Below, piece by piece: positions 1 through 8,679 of a stretch of 32,056 bases of DNA (the first letter of the stretch is position 1; every line of letters starts with the position of its first letter). The notes beneath the pieces were generated by a model. It ran no database searches, was not told where the DNA came from, and was given only the letters and a program-made list of their open reading frames with translations. A program made the translations under genes and the position numbers. The DNA lies in the IMG/VR virus record IMGVR_UViG_3300037506_000150, positions 1-32,056 of that record; one strand, 5' to 3'. This stretch comes from a virus. Lineage: Duplodnaviria > Caudoviricetes.

Positions 1-1
1 T

Positions 2-184
2 TGCATACCGGGTGGGTTTGATTGTACTGGACTCAGATTGATCCTGACAAATTGTGGTCGTGCTATAGGAACAGGCTCCCCGACAACATGTTCATGTAAT
101 CCCATATCATTTGTATGGAATCTTTCTTTTACTGTGGGATGCTGTTCTGGAAATACTACGATATCAATTACAGGGGTGCCATGA
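2..184 (+). CDS. 3' end of a Cys-rich hypothetical (probably virion-associated) protein, truncated at the window start
   Basis: Frame 2 is open from base 2 (CIPGGFDCTG...TCSCNPISFVWNLSFTVGCCSGNTTISITGVP*). Its TGA (182-184) overlaps the next ATG (181) as ATGA. Not in the ORF track. Confidence 0.65.
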   Translation, partial: CIPGGFDCTGLRLILTNCGRAIGTGSPTTCSCNPISFVWNLSFTVGCCSGNTTISITGVP

Positions 185-486
185 GACCATGCAAATGCGA
201 TAAGACCGTAATTGGAGAAAAATTTTTGTTGGGAAGGGATTGTCCTCTATGCTGGTTTGCATGGAATAGTGAAGCACATCAGGAACTATGGGACTTCCAT
301 CCAAAAACAGGAATAGTTGGATGTTTACACAGAGGAGATCCGACTGGAGAGGAAGTAGATTGTCCTGGTTGTAATGGAAGGGTAAGGATAAAAATATATT
401 CTTGTGACCTGCATGGCAAATGTACTTTATCCAAAGAAACTCCTGGAGTTAAACGGTGTTCAACTTGCCATGATTACAGGACGTGA
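181..486 (+). CDS. Small Cys-rich (putative metal-binding or disulfide-rich) phage protein
   Basis: Start moved from 115 to 181 because of ATGA coupling. Motifs CKC, CPLC, CLH, CPGC, CDLHGKC, CSTC. Confidence 0.7.
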   Translation: MRPCKCDKTVIGEKFLLGRDCPLCWFAWNSEAHQELWDFHPKTGIVGCLHRGDPTGEEVDCPGCNGRVRIKIYSCDLHGKCTLSKETPGVKRCSTCHDYRT

Positions 487-507
487 TTGTTATGAGGATA
501 GTTATGA

Positions 508-2514
508 ATGCTAGGAAGATCCACGCGAGACAAAACTATGATTAACTCTGTTTCTCTTTTGTCTGGACAGGTAGGATCTGGAACAATTGGCAACAGTGCC
601 GTTGTCTCCGGCTCCATCGCATCCGGACAGGTGGTATTCCCAGCCTTTGGTTCTGGAGCAATTAGATCCGGAAACATTGCTTCCGGACAACTGGGGACAA
701 GTCATTTCTCCTCTGGATCTATTCAACTCAATCAGATCGGATCTGGGGCGGTCATATCTGGAAATATTGCTTCTGGACAGATCGGATCTCCTCACATAGC
801 CTCCGGGGGAGTTCTTAGTGGAAACATTGCTTCTGGACAGATTGGTGGGAATCATCTTTCGTCTGGAGCAATTGGAGTCAATCAGGTTGGCAGCGGAGCG
901 GTGCTAAGTGGAAACATTGCTTCTGGACAGATAACTACCCTCCATGTTGGATCTGGAGGGTTTCTCTCCGGAGCATTTGGATCTGGCCAGATTGGCGGCG
1001 ATCATCTGGCCAGCCAGTCCGTTAAGTCCGGGAATATTCAATCAGGAAGTATATTTGCGCTCCACATATCCTCCGGTGGTCTTGGATCTGGTGCCATTGG
1101 ATCTGGTCAAATCGGATCGATCCATTTGGCATCTGGTCTTATTGGCAACTCTTCCGGGACCATCGGATCGGGATTGCTAGGAAATGGAGCCGTTGTTTCC
1201 GGTTCCATCGCATCCGGACAGGTCTTTACTCTGCACATAGCCTCTGGTGGTCTTGGATCTGGTGCCATTGGATCTGGCCAGATCTCCAAATTCCATTTAA
1301 TATCTGGAGTAATTGTCAGTGGGTACATTGGGGACACAGCAGTAGTTTCTGGAAGCCTTGCCAGCGGGATAATCTTCCGTTTTCACATGGCGTCGGGGGC
1401 GGTGGTTTCTGGTCTGATTGGCGACAATGCGGTTGCTTCTGGGCAAGTGACTTCTGGAGTCCTGCGGGATGTTCACATAGCTTCTGGTGGACTAGGTTCC
1501 GGTTCTATTAGTAGCGGATCTCTGGGAACAGTCCATTTCGTCAGCGGAGGAACTCTCCCGGCATCTGGATCTATCCAGAGATTTGAAATGGGGTCTGGAG
1601 CAATCCACTCTGGACATATCAACAGCGGCGCTGTGATAGGCGAGAGAGGCGGGGCCTGTCGGACCATTGCTTCTGGAACCATTGGTCCGCTGGACCTGGC
1701 CAGCGGAGCAGTCCTTTCCGGGGCAATTGCTTCTGGACAGATTAGTTTGTTCCACCTAGCTTCTGGCGTGGTGTCCGGTCTACAGGTGATCCAGTCTGGG
1801 GACATCGCTTCTGGATCTCTTTCTCACCCCATGTTTGCTGATGGAGCAATCCTGTCTGGAGATATTGCCTCCGGTGTGGTGAGTCTGTACCATCTGTCCT
1901 CTGGTACGGTAAACAGCGGGCACATAGGGAACAATGCGGTTGTCTCCGGATCTATTGCCTCTGGACAGGTTCATTTGTTTGCCTTGGCAAACAATAGTGT
2001 TACCAGTGGTCAGATTGCTTCTGGTCAAATCGCCACATATCATTTCGGCTCAGGCGCTACCGTTGCTCTGGCGCAGGGAGTGGTTCCTTTCTATAGTGGG
2101 AGCATTGCTACCATTATTACAGAGGAGATCATTTCCGGAGTTCGTGCTGTTTGTATTAGCCCATCTGGAAGATTGCAGATTGCTATGGCAGCCGTGTCTG
2201 GTCGTATGCCCGCTGTAGGGGTTGTCAGTGATAATGTTCTGAGTGGACTTCAGGCTAATGTTCAGATGTTTGGTCCATTGCAATTCTCTTCTGGGCTTGG
2301 TAATTTCTCCGGCTTCTTGGGAAGAAAGTTGTTTGTGGGCAGGTCAGGAAATATCACTCAGATCAGTGGCTCTTGGGGATCTGGTGGATGGGCTTCTGGA
2401 GACATTGGTCAGGGGATAGGCGTGGCTTGGAATAGTGGTGGAGTCTCGTTGCAAATTGGATCCGTCACTTGGTCCGGAGGGCCTTTGGGTATCCCTGTGG
2501 GGTTCGGTTTCTAG
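508..2514 (+). CDS. Ser-Gly pentapeptide-repeat fibre/decoration protein with a C-terminal capsid-cement-like (DUF2190-like) domain
   Basis: About 80 SG dipeptides (hand count) in a 5/10-residue register (SG-x-hydrophobic-x) with periodic His. The C-terminal ~130 aa (AVCISPSGRLQIAMA...PAVGVV...VQMFG...LFVG...QGIGVA) resemble cement/decoration domains. Start may be 538. Confidence 0.7.
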   Translation: MLGRSTRDKTMINSVSLLSGQVGSGTIGNSAVVSGSIASGQVVFPAFGSGAIRSGNIASGQLGTSHFSSGSIQLNQIGSGAVISGNIASGQIGSPHIASGGVLSGNIASGQIGGNHLSSGAIGVNQVGSGAVLSGNIASGQITTLHVGSGGFLSGAFGSGQIGGDHLASQSVKSGNIQSGSIFALHISSGGLGSGAIGSGQIGSIHLASGLIGNSSGTIGSGLLGNGAVVSGSIASGQVFTLHIASGGLGSGAIGSGQISKFHLISGVIVSGYIGDTAVVSGSLASGIIFRFHMASGAVVSGLIGDNAVASGQVTSGVLRDVHIASGGLGSGSISSGSLGTVHFVSGGTLPASGSIQRFEMGSGAIHSGHINSGAVIGERGGACRTIASGTIGPLDLASGAVLSGAIASGQISLFHLASGVVSGLQVIQSGDIASGSLSHPMFADGAILSGDIASGVVSLYHLSSGTVNSGHIGNNAVVSGSIASGQVHLFALANNSVTSGQIASGQIATYHFGSGATVALAQGVVPFYSGSIATIITEEIISGVRAVCISPSGRLQIAMAAVSGRMPAVGVVSDNVLSGLQANVQMFGPLQFSSGLGNFSGFLGRKLFVGRSGNITQISGSWGSGGWASGDIGQGIGVAWNSGGVSLQIGSVTWSGGPLGIPVGFGF

Positions 2515-2528
2515 TAGTGGAGACAGCA

Positions 2529-3422
2529 ATGCCAAAGCGCAGGCGAGTCGTTCCCGAAGAAACAAAAGTAAAAAGGAGAGGGGTAGAAAAGGAAATTCGC
2601 AACGTGGTGGTTATCAGCGATACTCATGTGGGGTGTAAGTTAGCCCTGTGTCATCCGGATGGGGCGGAACTGGACGATGGAGGAAGTTATTATCCGTCCA
2701 AGATTCAGAGGGAGATCTGGAATTGCTGGGAGGAGTTTTGGGGAGAGTGGGTTCCCAAAACAACTCACGGAGAGCCGTTTGTTGTGGTTCACAACGGAGA
2801 CTGCATAGAAGGATGTCATCACCAGGCTACTACTCCGTGGTCCAATAATCTTTCCGATCAGACCAACCATGCCTATAAAATACTGAAGCCGATCGTAGAG
2901 ATGTGTGAAGGCAGATATTTCCACATCAGAGGTACAGAGGCACATGTAGGTAAAAGCGCCAGGGAAGCAGAAGATCTGGCAAGGAGATTGGGGGCAATTC
3001 CTAACGAGGAGGGACAGCATTCCAGGTGGGACTTGTGGCTCAGGGTCTCTGGGAAACTGTGTAACTTCCTTCACCACATAGGAACCACCACTTCAGCACA
3101 GCACGAAGCCAGTGCTGTGAATGCAGAACTGGCTGCAATTTATGCAGAATCTGGAAGATGGATGGAAGAGCCTCCCATGGTAGTGGTAAGAAGCCACCGT
3201 CATGCTAACATAGAAGTTAGATTGGCATGCAACGATGGATACGCCACAGTATTTGTTACATCTGCTTGGCAGTTGAAAACTCCCCATGCTTGGAGGATTG
3301 CTGGGGCCAGAAACAAGGGACCACAATTGGGCGGAAGCCTGATTCGTGCTGGGGATGAGGAAACGCACACTAGACACTTTGTAAGGAAACTGGGCAGATC
3401 AAAAGAGGTTTCACTGGAATGA
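2529..3422 (+). CDS. Calcineurin-like metallophosphoesterase
   Basis: Motifs VISDTHVG (DxH), HNGDCIEG (GDxxE), IRGTEAH (variant of GNH), HH, RSHRH (xHxH). ATG 2529 follows GGAG. Confidence 0.85.
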   Translation: MPKRRRVVPEETKVKRRGVEKEIRNVVVISDTHVGCKLALCHPDGAELDDGGSYYPSKIQREIWNCWEEFWGEWVPKTTHGEPFVVVHNGDCIEGCHHQATTPWSNNLSDQTNHAYKILKPIVEMCEGRYFHIRGTEAHVGKSAREAEDLARRLGAIPNEEGQHSRWDLWLRVSGKLCNFLHHIGTTTSAQHEASAVNAELAAIYAESGRWMEEPPMVVVRSHRHANIEVRLACNDGYATVFVTSAWQLKTPHAWRIAGARNKGPQLGGSLIRAGDEETHTRHFVRKLGRSKEVSLE

Positions 3423-3691
3423 GCAATACTCTCCGTGTTAGTTTTGATGAGTGGATTGCTGAAATAGAAAAACTAGAAAGAAGAAGTGAAATCAAGGATG
3501 CGTTTACTTGTTCTGAAATATGCTTGGCGCTGAGAAGAAGTCCCAAATGGATACAAGGGAAACTGCGTTTGGGAATTCAAGAAGGTAGAATAGAAGTGGT
3601 CAGGAAACGCCTTCGAGATATTTCAGGAAGGAATGTTATGGTTCCAGCCTACCGCTTGGTAAAATCCAAGGGGAAGAAAAATGGCAAATGA
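3419..3691 (+). CDS. Small basic winged-HTH-like protein
   Basis: FTCSEICLALRRSPKWIQGKLRLGIQEGRIEVV..PAYRL pattern; ATGA overlap with the phosphoesterase. Confidence 0.6.
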   Translation: MSNTLRVSFDEWIAEIEKLERRSEIKDAFTCSEICLALRRSPKWIQGKLRLGIQEGRIEVVRKRLRDISGRNVMVPAYRLVKSKGKKNGK

Positions 3692-4361
3692 GATCCAGTT
3701 TAGCCACGAGGCCGGAAAGACCTGCTATGCGTTGATTCGTAATCAGACCAGCGGGTATATCTGGAGTACGTCTGGCGGCACCGGCGGCTTCGAGGCATAC
3801 ACCACTGGTAACTATGCAGACTACAAGATCAATGTAACTGAGCAGGGAACGCAATCTGCTTTCTATGCAGGGAACATACCATCTGCCATGCCTGCTGGGG
3901 TACTCGCTATTGTTGGAAAGGAACAAATTGGAGGATCAGCAGCAGAAACAGATCCTACTGTGGCTGTGGGCACCGAGAACTGGAATGGATCTATAATTGT
4001 TCCTCTGTCGAACCTAGCCACCTCCGGACAGGTCGGACAGGCTCTCCCTCTCCGATTGGCTAGAGGAACTATGATTCAAAACTTCCCCATATACTTCAAG
4101 TCCTCTGCCGATCACGTTACTCCTCTCACCAGCGGCGTTGTCAGTGGACAGATCAGTCGTGACGGAGGATCTTTTGGGGCATTGCAATCGGGTGCTTTTA
4201 CCGAAATAGGACTGGGCTGGTACAATTTGCAAGCACTTACATCTGGAGATACAGCAGCGAATACTATAAGATTGCATTTCACTGCTGTAGGAATTTCTGG
4301 AGGATCTGCCGATCCTGTTCCTCTTTCCTTCATTCTCCAGAGGGTTAGTGGACAAATATAA
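3681..4361 (+). CDS. Putative virion structural protein, Ser-Gly enriched
   Basis: Beta-rich, low-charge composition; 9 SG in 226 aa; ISRDGGSF and TEIGLGWY motifs are typical of phage beta-sandwich structural proteins. Confidence 0.65.
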   Translation: MANEIQFSHEAGKTCYALIRNQTSGYIWSTSGGTGGFEAYTTGNYADYKINVTEQGTQSAFYAGNIPSAMPAGVLAIVGKEQIGGSAAETDPTVAVGTENWNGSIIVPLSNLATSGQVGQALPLRLARGTMIQNFPIYFKSSADHVTPLTSGVVSGQISRDGGSFGALQSGAFTEIGLGWYNLQALTSGDTAANTIRLHFTAVGISGGSADPVPLSFILQRVSGQI

Positions 4362-4428
4362 CCACTGGTAGTGGACATAAGCCAACTCGTGGTTGGAACC
4401 ACTTATGTTGCTGGGACTACCAGTGGTT
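4360..4428. repeat. Nested intergenic inverted repeat (long stem-loop)
   Basis: AACCACTGGTAGT (4360-4372) / ACTACCAGTGGTT (4416-4428), perfect 13 bp; inner ACATAAG (4375-4381) / CTTATGT (4402-4408); innermost CCAAC/GTTGG. Confidence 0.8.
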
Positions 4429-4453
4429 TAATACAAAGTGTCAAGGAGAGAAC

Positions 4454-7444
4454 ATGTCTATTTCTCTTCCACTCAGGATTGATTTTGGAACTTCTTCTTC
4501 TCCAGTCGAAGCCGACTACACAAAATTCGGCGCAAGCTCCTATTCTTCTACGAGAGGATTTGGTTGGCTTTCTCCTATGGGTTTGGCTGTAGTAGACACT
4601 CTTTTCACAGATCCAGTCCTGCGCGATTGTGTCCGTGGCACTTCTGGAACTTTCAGGATAGACGTACCGGATGGGACATACTTGATTACTATCCAGATGA
4701 TCGATCCCAGACAAAGATCAGACAAGATTGAGGTTACTCTAGGAGGATCTACCTTCAATTTCGATCAAATGCTTCAGGCACAGACCATTCAAAAGGAAGT
4801 GGTTTCTGCTGGTGGGTTCTTTACCATCCAGTTTCAGGCGACTGGACCAGCCACTCCATATTTTGGCGTGGCTTCTATCACAGTAGAAAGTGAAACGACC
4901 CCCCCTCCTCCGCTAATCGTAGATGCTGGAATGAGTATAGCTTCTGATCAGCATTCGGTTACGTTTACTCCAAACATATCTGGGGGGGTTCCTCCTCTGG
5001 TAGAAACGTGGGATTATGGAGACGGCTCTCCGGTTGGAACATCCAGAACCCACAACTATGCGAATGGAACATACATAGCGGTTTTGGTAGTTGTTGATTC
5101 GGTAGGGCAAACAGCGACTGATTCTGTGCTGGTTACAGTAAACCACGAGCACGAGCATCCTCCTCCCGACCCAACGGCTTTCGTTGTTACCAGGCACGAA
5201 AACATTCCAGACTTTGCCTACGGTTCTGGGTTCGAAACAGTCAAGGACGGCAACTGGCACGACCCTTCTGTATGGTCCACTGGTACTGTTCCTGGTGCCA
5301 GCGACAAGGTAAATGTGAAGCACGTAATTTCCCTGGATCAACTGGGGGTGTGCCATTCCGTCACAGTCCACACAGGAGCCAAGCTGGATCAGGAAGGATC
5401 TCAACTGTCCTTTGTTAACTTCCTGGTCCGTCCGGGTGGTACGCACCGGGCAAATGGAGCCTTCCGTTTGGTGGTCAGGAATATACAGGCAACTGATGCC
5501 GACCGACTGGGAACTGGGTACATTAGTTTAGGTGAAACAGATTGGGTTGGATCCAGACAAATCACTCATACCTGGAGTAGACTTACTCACGAGATTTATT
5601 CTGGAATGACTACCATCCATCTGGAAACTCCATGTCCAGACTGGAAGGTTGGAGACGAGATTATAATTCCAGACACTCGACAGGTTGGGTTGTCCGGTCC
5701 GTGGGGGGCCGACGCTGTATTGCACAATGAGTACGCCACCATCTCTTCAATTTCTGTGGACGGGAAGACAGTTACTCTGTCCGCCCCAGTGCAGTACGAT
5801 CATCCAGGAGCTTGGGGTTATGACACCAAGGCTCTCCAGTGGTCAGTGATCAATGGACTGGTGAAAGTTGCTGGGTGGGACGGTAGTTCTCTTCGCAATG
5901 GTATTCAATTGCACTTCGTTCCGGCGGTGGCAAACATTACACGAGAAGCCAAGGTTTTCTCCGAAGACTCGAACGGAACTCGCGGCCATGTGATGTTTGT
6001 AGGTCATGGTGTTTCTGTTCAGATTCGCAATGTCCGTTTCGAGGGACTTGGTAGATACAGAGAAGATGCTACCAATCCGGATCACAAGGGCAGATATGGA
6101 TTGCATTTCCATCATGCCCACTCTTCTAGCCTGATAGTTGATCGTTGTGCCATTATCGGCGGGTATTCCAGAACCATTGATCAGAGATATGGCATAACCC
6201 TGCATGGAGTGTGTGATTCCCAGATAACCAACAACGTGGTGTGGAACTGGAGAGGCTCTGGAATATGGACAGAGGTTTCTACTCATCATGCGGAATGGCT
6301 TCCAGAAGCACCAATTCGGAACCTGATTACTGGCAACTGGGTAGCCAATATATGGGGTCCGGAGGCTGGACCAGAATCGATCTCTCAGCGCGCTGAGAAT
6401 GGTGATGGTTTTGAGGGAGCCGGTATCTGGCTTGCTACCACGGATGATATTGTCCAATACAACTGGATTGCCTGCTGTACGGTAGCCATAGGTGAGTTTG
6501 TCGGATGGTATGGTGGATATGGAGCCCTGCATGTTGCTACCAATCCAGGAGATGATCCTTATACCACCGGCGCTTTCTATAACACCATTGCCAAACCACA
6601 AAACGGTCTTGGCTTTAATGAGATGGTAGCCTGCACCAGTGGATGGGTTCCGTGGAACATCGGAGCTTATGGATCTGGCGGACCCCCTTACTGGCAAAAT
6701 CCAGGAGAGAGCGTCGTCAAGGGACAGGTAGGTTGGAATCTGAATAGAGAGCATACATTCTATTATGTGTGCCAGAACATAACTCAGATCGGCGCAATTT
6801 TCCGTGGCAACATCAGCCAACGATCTCAAGGAGGAATGATCGAGGGGGACTATCGTCAGAAGGATCTAAAACTGGATCATTGTGACATTCAGGGAGCAAC
6901 CGTAGGCTTCGATAGTTTCCCCGGATGTGCCAATACAGAACTGGTTGATTGTGATTTCCAGAACAATACTTACGCCATGATCTGGACCTGTCGCAACGCT
7001 CACGGAGTCCCCACCGAAGACAGCGGCAGATCGATCCGACTGTATGGTTGTGAGTTTGCTAACAATGATGTAGACATTCAGGTAGAGTGGACAGATTTCC
7101 CATCGCTCTTTGCTTCTGATAAACTATATTTGTTCAACCACCAGAGGGTGGTAGGAATCAACTATCAGGTGTTCCGAAATAATCAGAGAGGAGATTTCGT
7201 TCCTCCTTCTGCTCATACAGAATTTGGAACACACTTCATGGGATCCCCGGAAGTAGGAAAGACCAACGCAGAGTTGTATTCCTCTTGGGAGTGGAAGTGG
7301 GACTATGGAGAGCCTGTTCCCACATATAGATCTCCCAAGCAGGGAGGAGATGGATGGCTACCTGCATGTGTCGGAGCAGAGTTACTTCCCGATGGGGCAG
7401 TTAGTCTTTCCGTGGTGATTGGTGGGAAGGTAAAGCAAATTTAG
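4454..7444 (+). CDS. Multidomain carbohydrate-binding/depolymerase-like protein: galactose-binding-like domain + PKD + G8 + parallel beta-helix
   Basis: N-terminal DFGTSSSPV..RGFGW..FRIDVPDGTY; PKD WDYGDGS..THNY..GTY..LVVVD; G8 GNWHDPSVWSTGTVPGASDKV; CEMIP/TMEM2/fibrocystin-type motifs RGHVMF, GLGR, GRYGLHFHH, YGITLHG, NNVV. Confidence 0.8.
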   Translation: MSISLPLRIDFGTSSSPVEADYTKFGASSYSSTRGFGWLSPMGLAVVDTLFTDPVLRDCVRGTSGTFRIDVPDGTYLITIQMIDPRQRSDKIEVTLGGSTFNFDQMLQAQTIQKEVVSAGGFFTIQFQATGPATPYFGVASITVESETTPPPPLIVDAGMSIASDQHSVTFTPNISGGVPPLVETWDYGDGSPVGTSRTHNYANGTYIAVLVVVDSVGQTATDSVLVTVNHEHEHPPPDPTAFVVTRHENIPDFAYGSGFETVKDGNWHDPSVWSTGTVPGASDKVNVKHVISLDQLGVCHSVTVHTGAKLDQEGSQLSFVNFLVRPGGTHRANGAFRLVVRNIQATDADRLGTGYISLGETDWVGSRQITHTWSRLTHEIYSGMTTIHLETPCPDWKVGDEIIIPDTRQVGLSGPWGADAVLHNEYATISSISVDGKTVTLSAPVQYDHPGAWGYDTKALQWSVINGLVKVAGWDGSSLRNGIQLHFVPAVANITREAKVFSEDSNGTRGHVMFVGHGVSVQIRNVRFEGLGRYREDATNPDHKGRYGLHFHHAHSSSLIVDRCAIIGGYSRTIDQRYGITLHGVCDSQITNNVVWNWRGSGIWTEVSTHHAEWLPEAPIRNLITGNWVANIWGPEAGPESISQRAENGDGFEGAGIWLATTDDIVQYNWIACCTVAIGEFVGWYGGYGALHVATNPGDDPYTTGAFYNTIAKPQNGLGFNEMVACTSGWVPWNIGAYGSGGPPYWQNPGESVVKGQVGWNLNREHTFYYVCQNITQIGAIFRGNISQRSQGGMIEGDYRQKDLKLDHCDIQGATVGFDSFPGCANTELVDCDFQNNTYAMIWTCRNAHGVPTEDSGRSIRLYGCEFANNDVDIQVEWTDFPSLFASDKLYLFNHQRVVGINYQVFRNNQRGDFVPPSAHTEFGTHFMGSPEVGKTNAELYSSWEWKWDYGEPVPTYRSPKQGGDGWLPACVGAELLPDGAVSLSVVIGGKVKQI

Positions 7445-7456
7445 AGGAGAAAGATC

Positions 7457-7975
7457 ATGCCTCTTTCGTCTGCGCAGCTAGCCACTCTTAAGGCTGATAT
7501 TCTGGCCGACCCAGTTTTGTCAGCAGAACCAAATACTGGAGACGGCAATTTTAACATCGCTCTTGCATACAATCTTGCTGCCTCTCCCGATTTTTGGGTA
7601 TGGAGGTCTCGGGTGAGCAAGGCCGAGTATATCATGAGCACATCTCCAGACGGGACCACGTTCAACTGGACAGGCGCTGGGTTTATCACAAGATCTCAGG
7701 GGGAAAGAGACGCCTGGAGAGAATTGTTCGACGCTCAGGGGAATGCCAATCCTTCTTTGGCTAACGTCCGCCAGGCTTTCCTAGATATATTTTCTGGAGG
7801 AACTGCTCCAGCGCCTGCCAACAGAGCACATCTAGCAGCAGTGTCTCGACGCAAGGCAACTCGTGGTGAGAAGTTGTTTGCTACTGGCACCGGATCGACT
7901 GCCTCTCCAGCTACCATGGGATTCGAGGGGATGATCGTTGTCACGGATGTTCAGAACGCGAGGAACCTGCCGTGA
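7457..7975 (+). CDS. Conserved-looking phage hypothetical (probably virion) protein
   Basis: Strong SD GAGGAG; Ala-rich; MPLSSAQLATLKADI...DFWVWR...KATRGEKLFATGTGS. Confidence 0.75.
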   Translation: MPLSSAQLATLKADILADPVLSAEPNTGDGNFNIALAYNLAASPDFWVWRSRVSKAEYIMSTSPDGTTFNWTGAGFITRSQGERDAWRELFDAQGNANPSLANVRQAFLDIFSGGTAPAPANRAHLAAVSRRKATRGEKLFATGTGSTASPATMGFEGMIVVTDVQNARNLP

Positions 7976-8679
7976 TTCTTGGTTGTATCAAACTGATTGC
8001 CCTTTGTCATACCTGTGCCAGAAAGCATCGGATCGAATTCGATGTGTCTCGTGGTCCGGGAAATGCTTTCTCGGACTGGTATGTCAAACACCCAGGCCAC
8101 AAGATTGAATTTCGTTGGCCCGGACGAACGCAAAAGCACACAAAGCGATTCCGATCTTGGATGGAATTTACTGACAATGCGGATGTGAAGGTCGCATACG
8201 CATCGAGTGCTGCATACACAATTACCCTCGCTTCCTTGGCCACGTCTGCTACCAGGACAGCCGGCCGCGAAGGCACCTCCGTTAGCAACACGACGAACCT
8301 GTACCTCGACTACCTGGCGGGCGGGAAGATCACGACCGGCACATCCCCCACAGCGTCGAAGCAGATCGACTGGTGGATGTACGGCAGCGTGGATGACACG
8401 CCCACCTACCCCGATGTCTTCGACGGAACGGATTCTGCCGAGACGGCGACGAGCGCCGACATCCTCGCGGCAGCGTTGGCGTTCTTTGGGTCGGTGCTGA
8501 CGGACTCGACAAGCGACCGAACGTACTGGTTCAAGCCGACTTCGGTGGCGGCTGCGTTCGGCGGTTCTCTGCCGAAGAACCACGGTCCGTTCATCGCTCA
8601 CGATACGGGTGTGAATCTGAACTCGACGGGCAGCAACCACACGCTGAGTTACACTGGATTATTCGCAACGGTGGCCTGA
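7972..8679 (+). CDS. Virion structural protein (Thr/Ser-rich beta-sandwich) with an N-terminal CxxC...HxxH segment
   Basis: GTGA overlap; LCHTC...KHPGH, then ITLASLATS...NTTNLYLD...ITTGTSP, a type of protein commonly found upstream of LamG genes. Confidence 0.7.
   Translation: MILGCIKLIALCHTCARKHRIEFDVSRGPGNAFSDWYVKHPGHKIEFRWPGRTQKHTKRFRSWMEFTDNADVKVAYASSAAYTITLASLATSATRTAGREGTSVSNTTNLYLDYLAGGKITTGTSPTASKQIDWWMYGSVDDTPTYPDVFDGTDSAETATSADILAAALAFFGSVLTDSTSDRTYWFKPTSVAAAFGGSLPKNHGPFIAHDTGVNLNSTGSNHTLSYTGLFATVA

Noticed and set aside
560-2060. Repeated ATTGCTTCTGGACAG-like units as a CRISPR array or DNA repeat element
   Set aside because: In-frame, synonymously variable coding repeats without constant repeat-spacer structure.
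4371-4592. 73-aa + strand ORF across the palindrome
   Set aside because: Overlaps the G8 gene out of frame and coincides with the stem-loop; no SD support.
5843-6829. 328-aa minus-strand ORF
   Set aside because: Antisense to the beta-helix region; no recognisable features.
7951-8640. 229-aa minus-strand ORF and other overlapping ORFs in the GC-rich patch
   Set aside because: High GC suppresses stop codons; the + strand gene is coupled to both neighbours.
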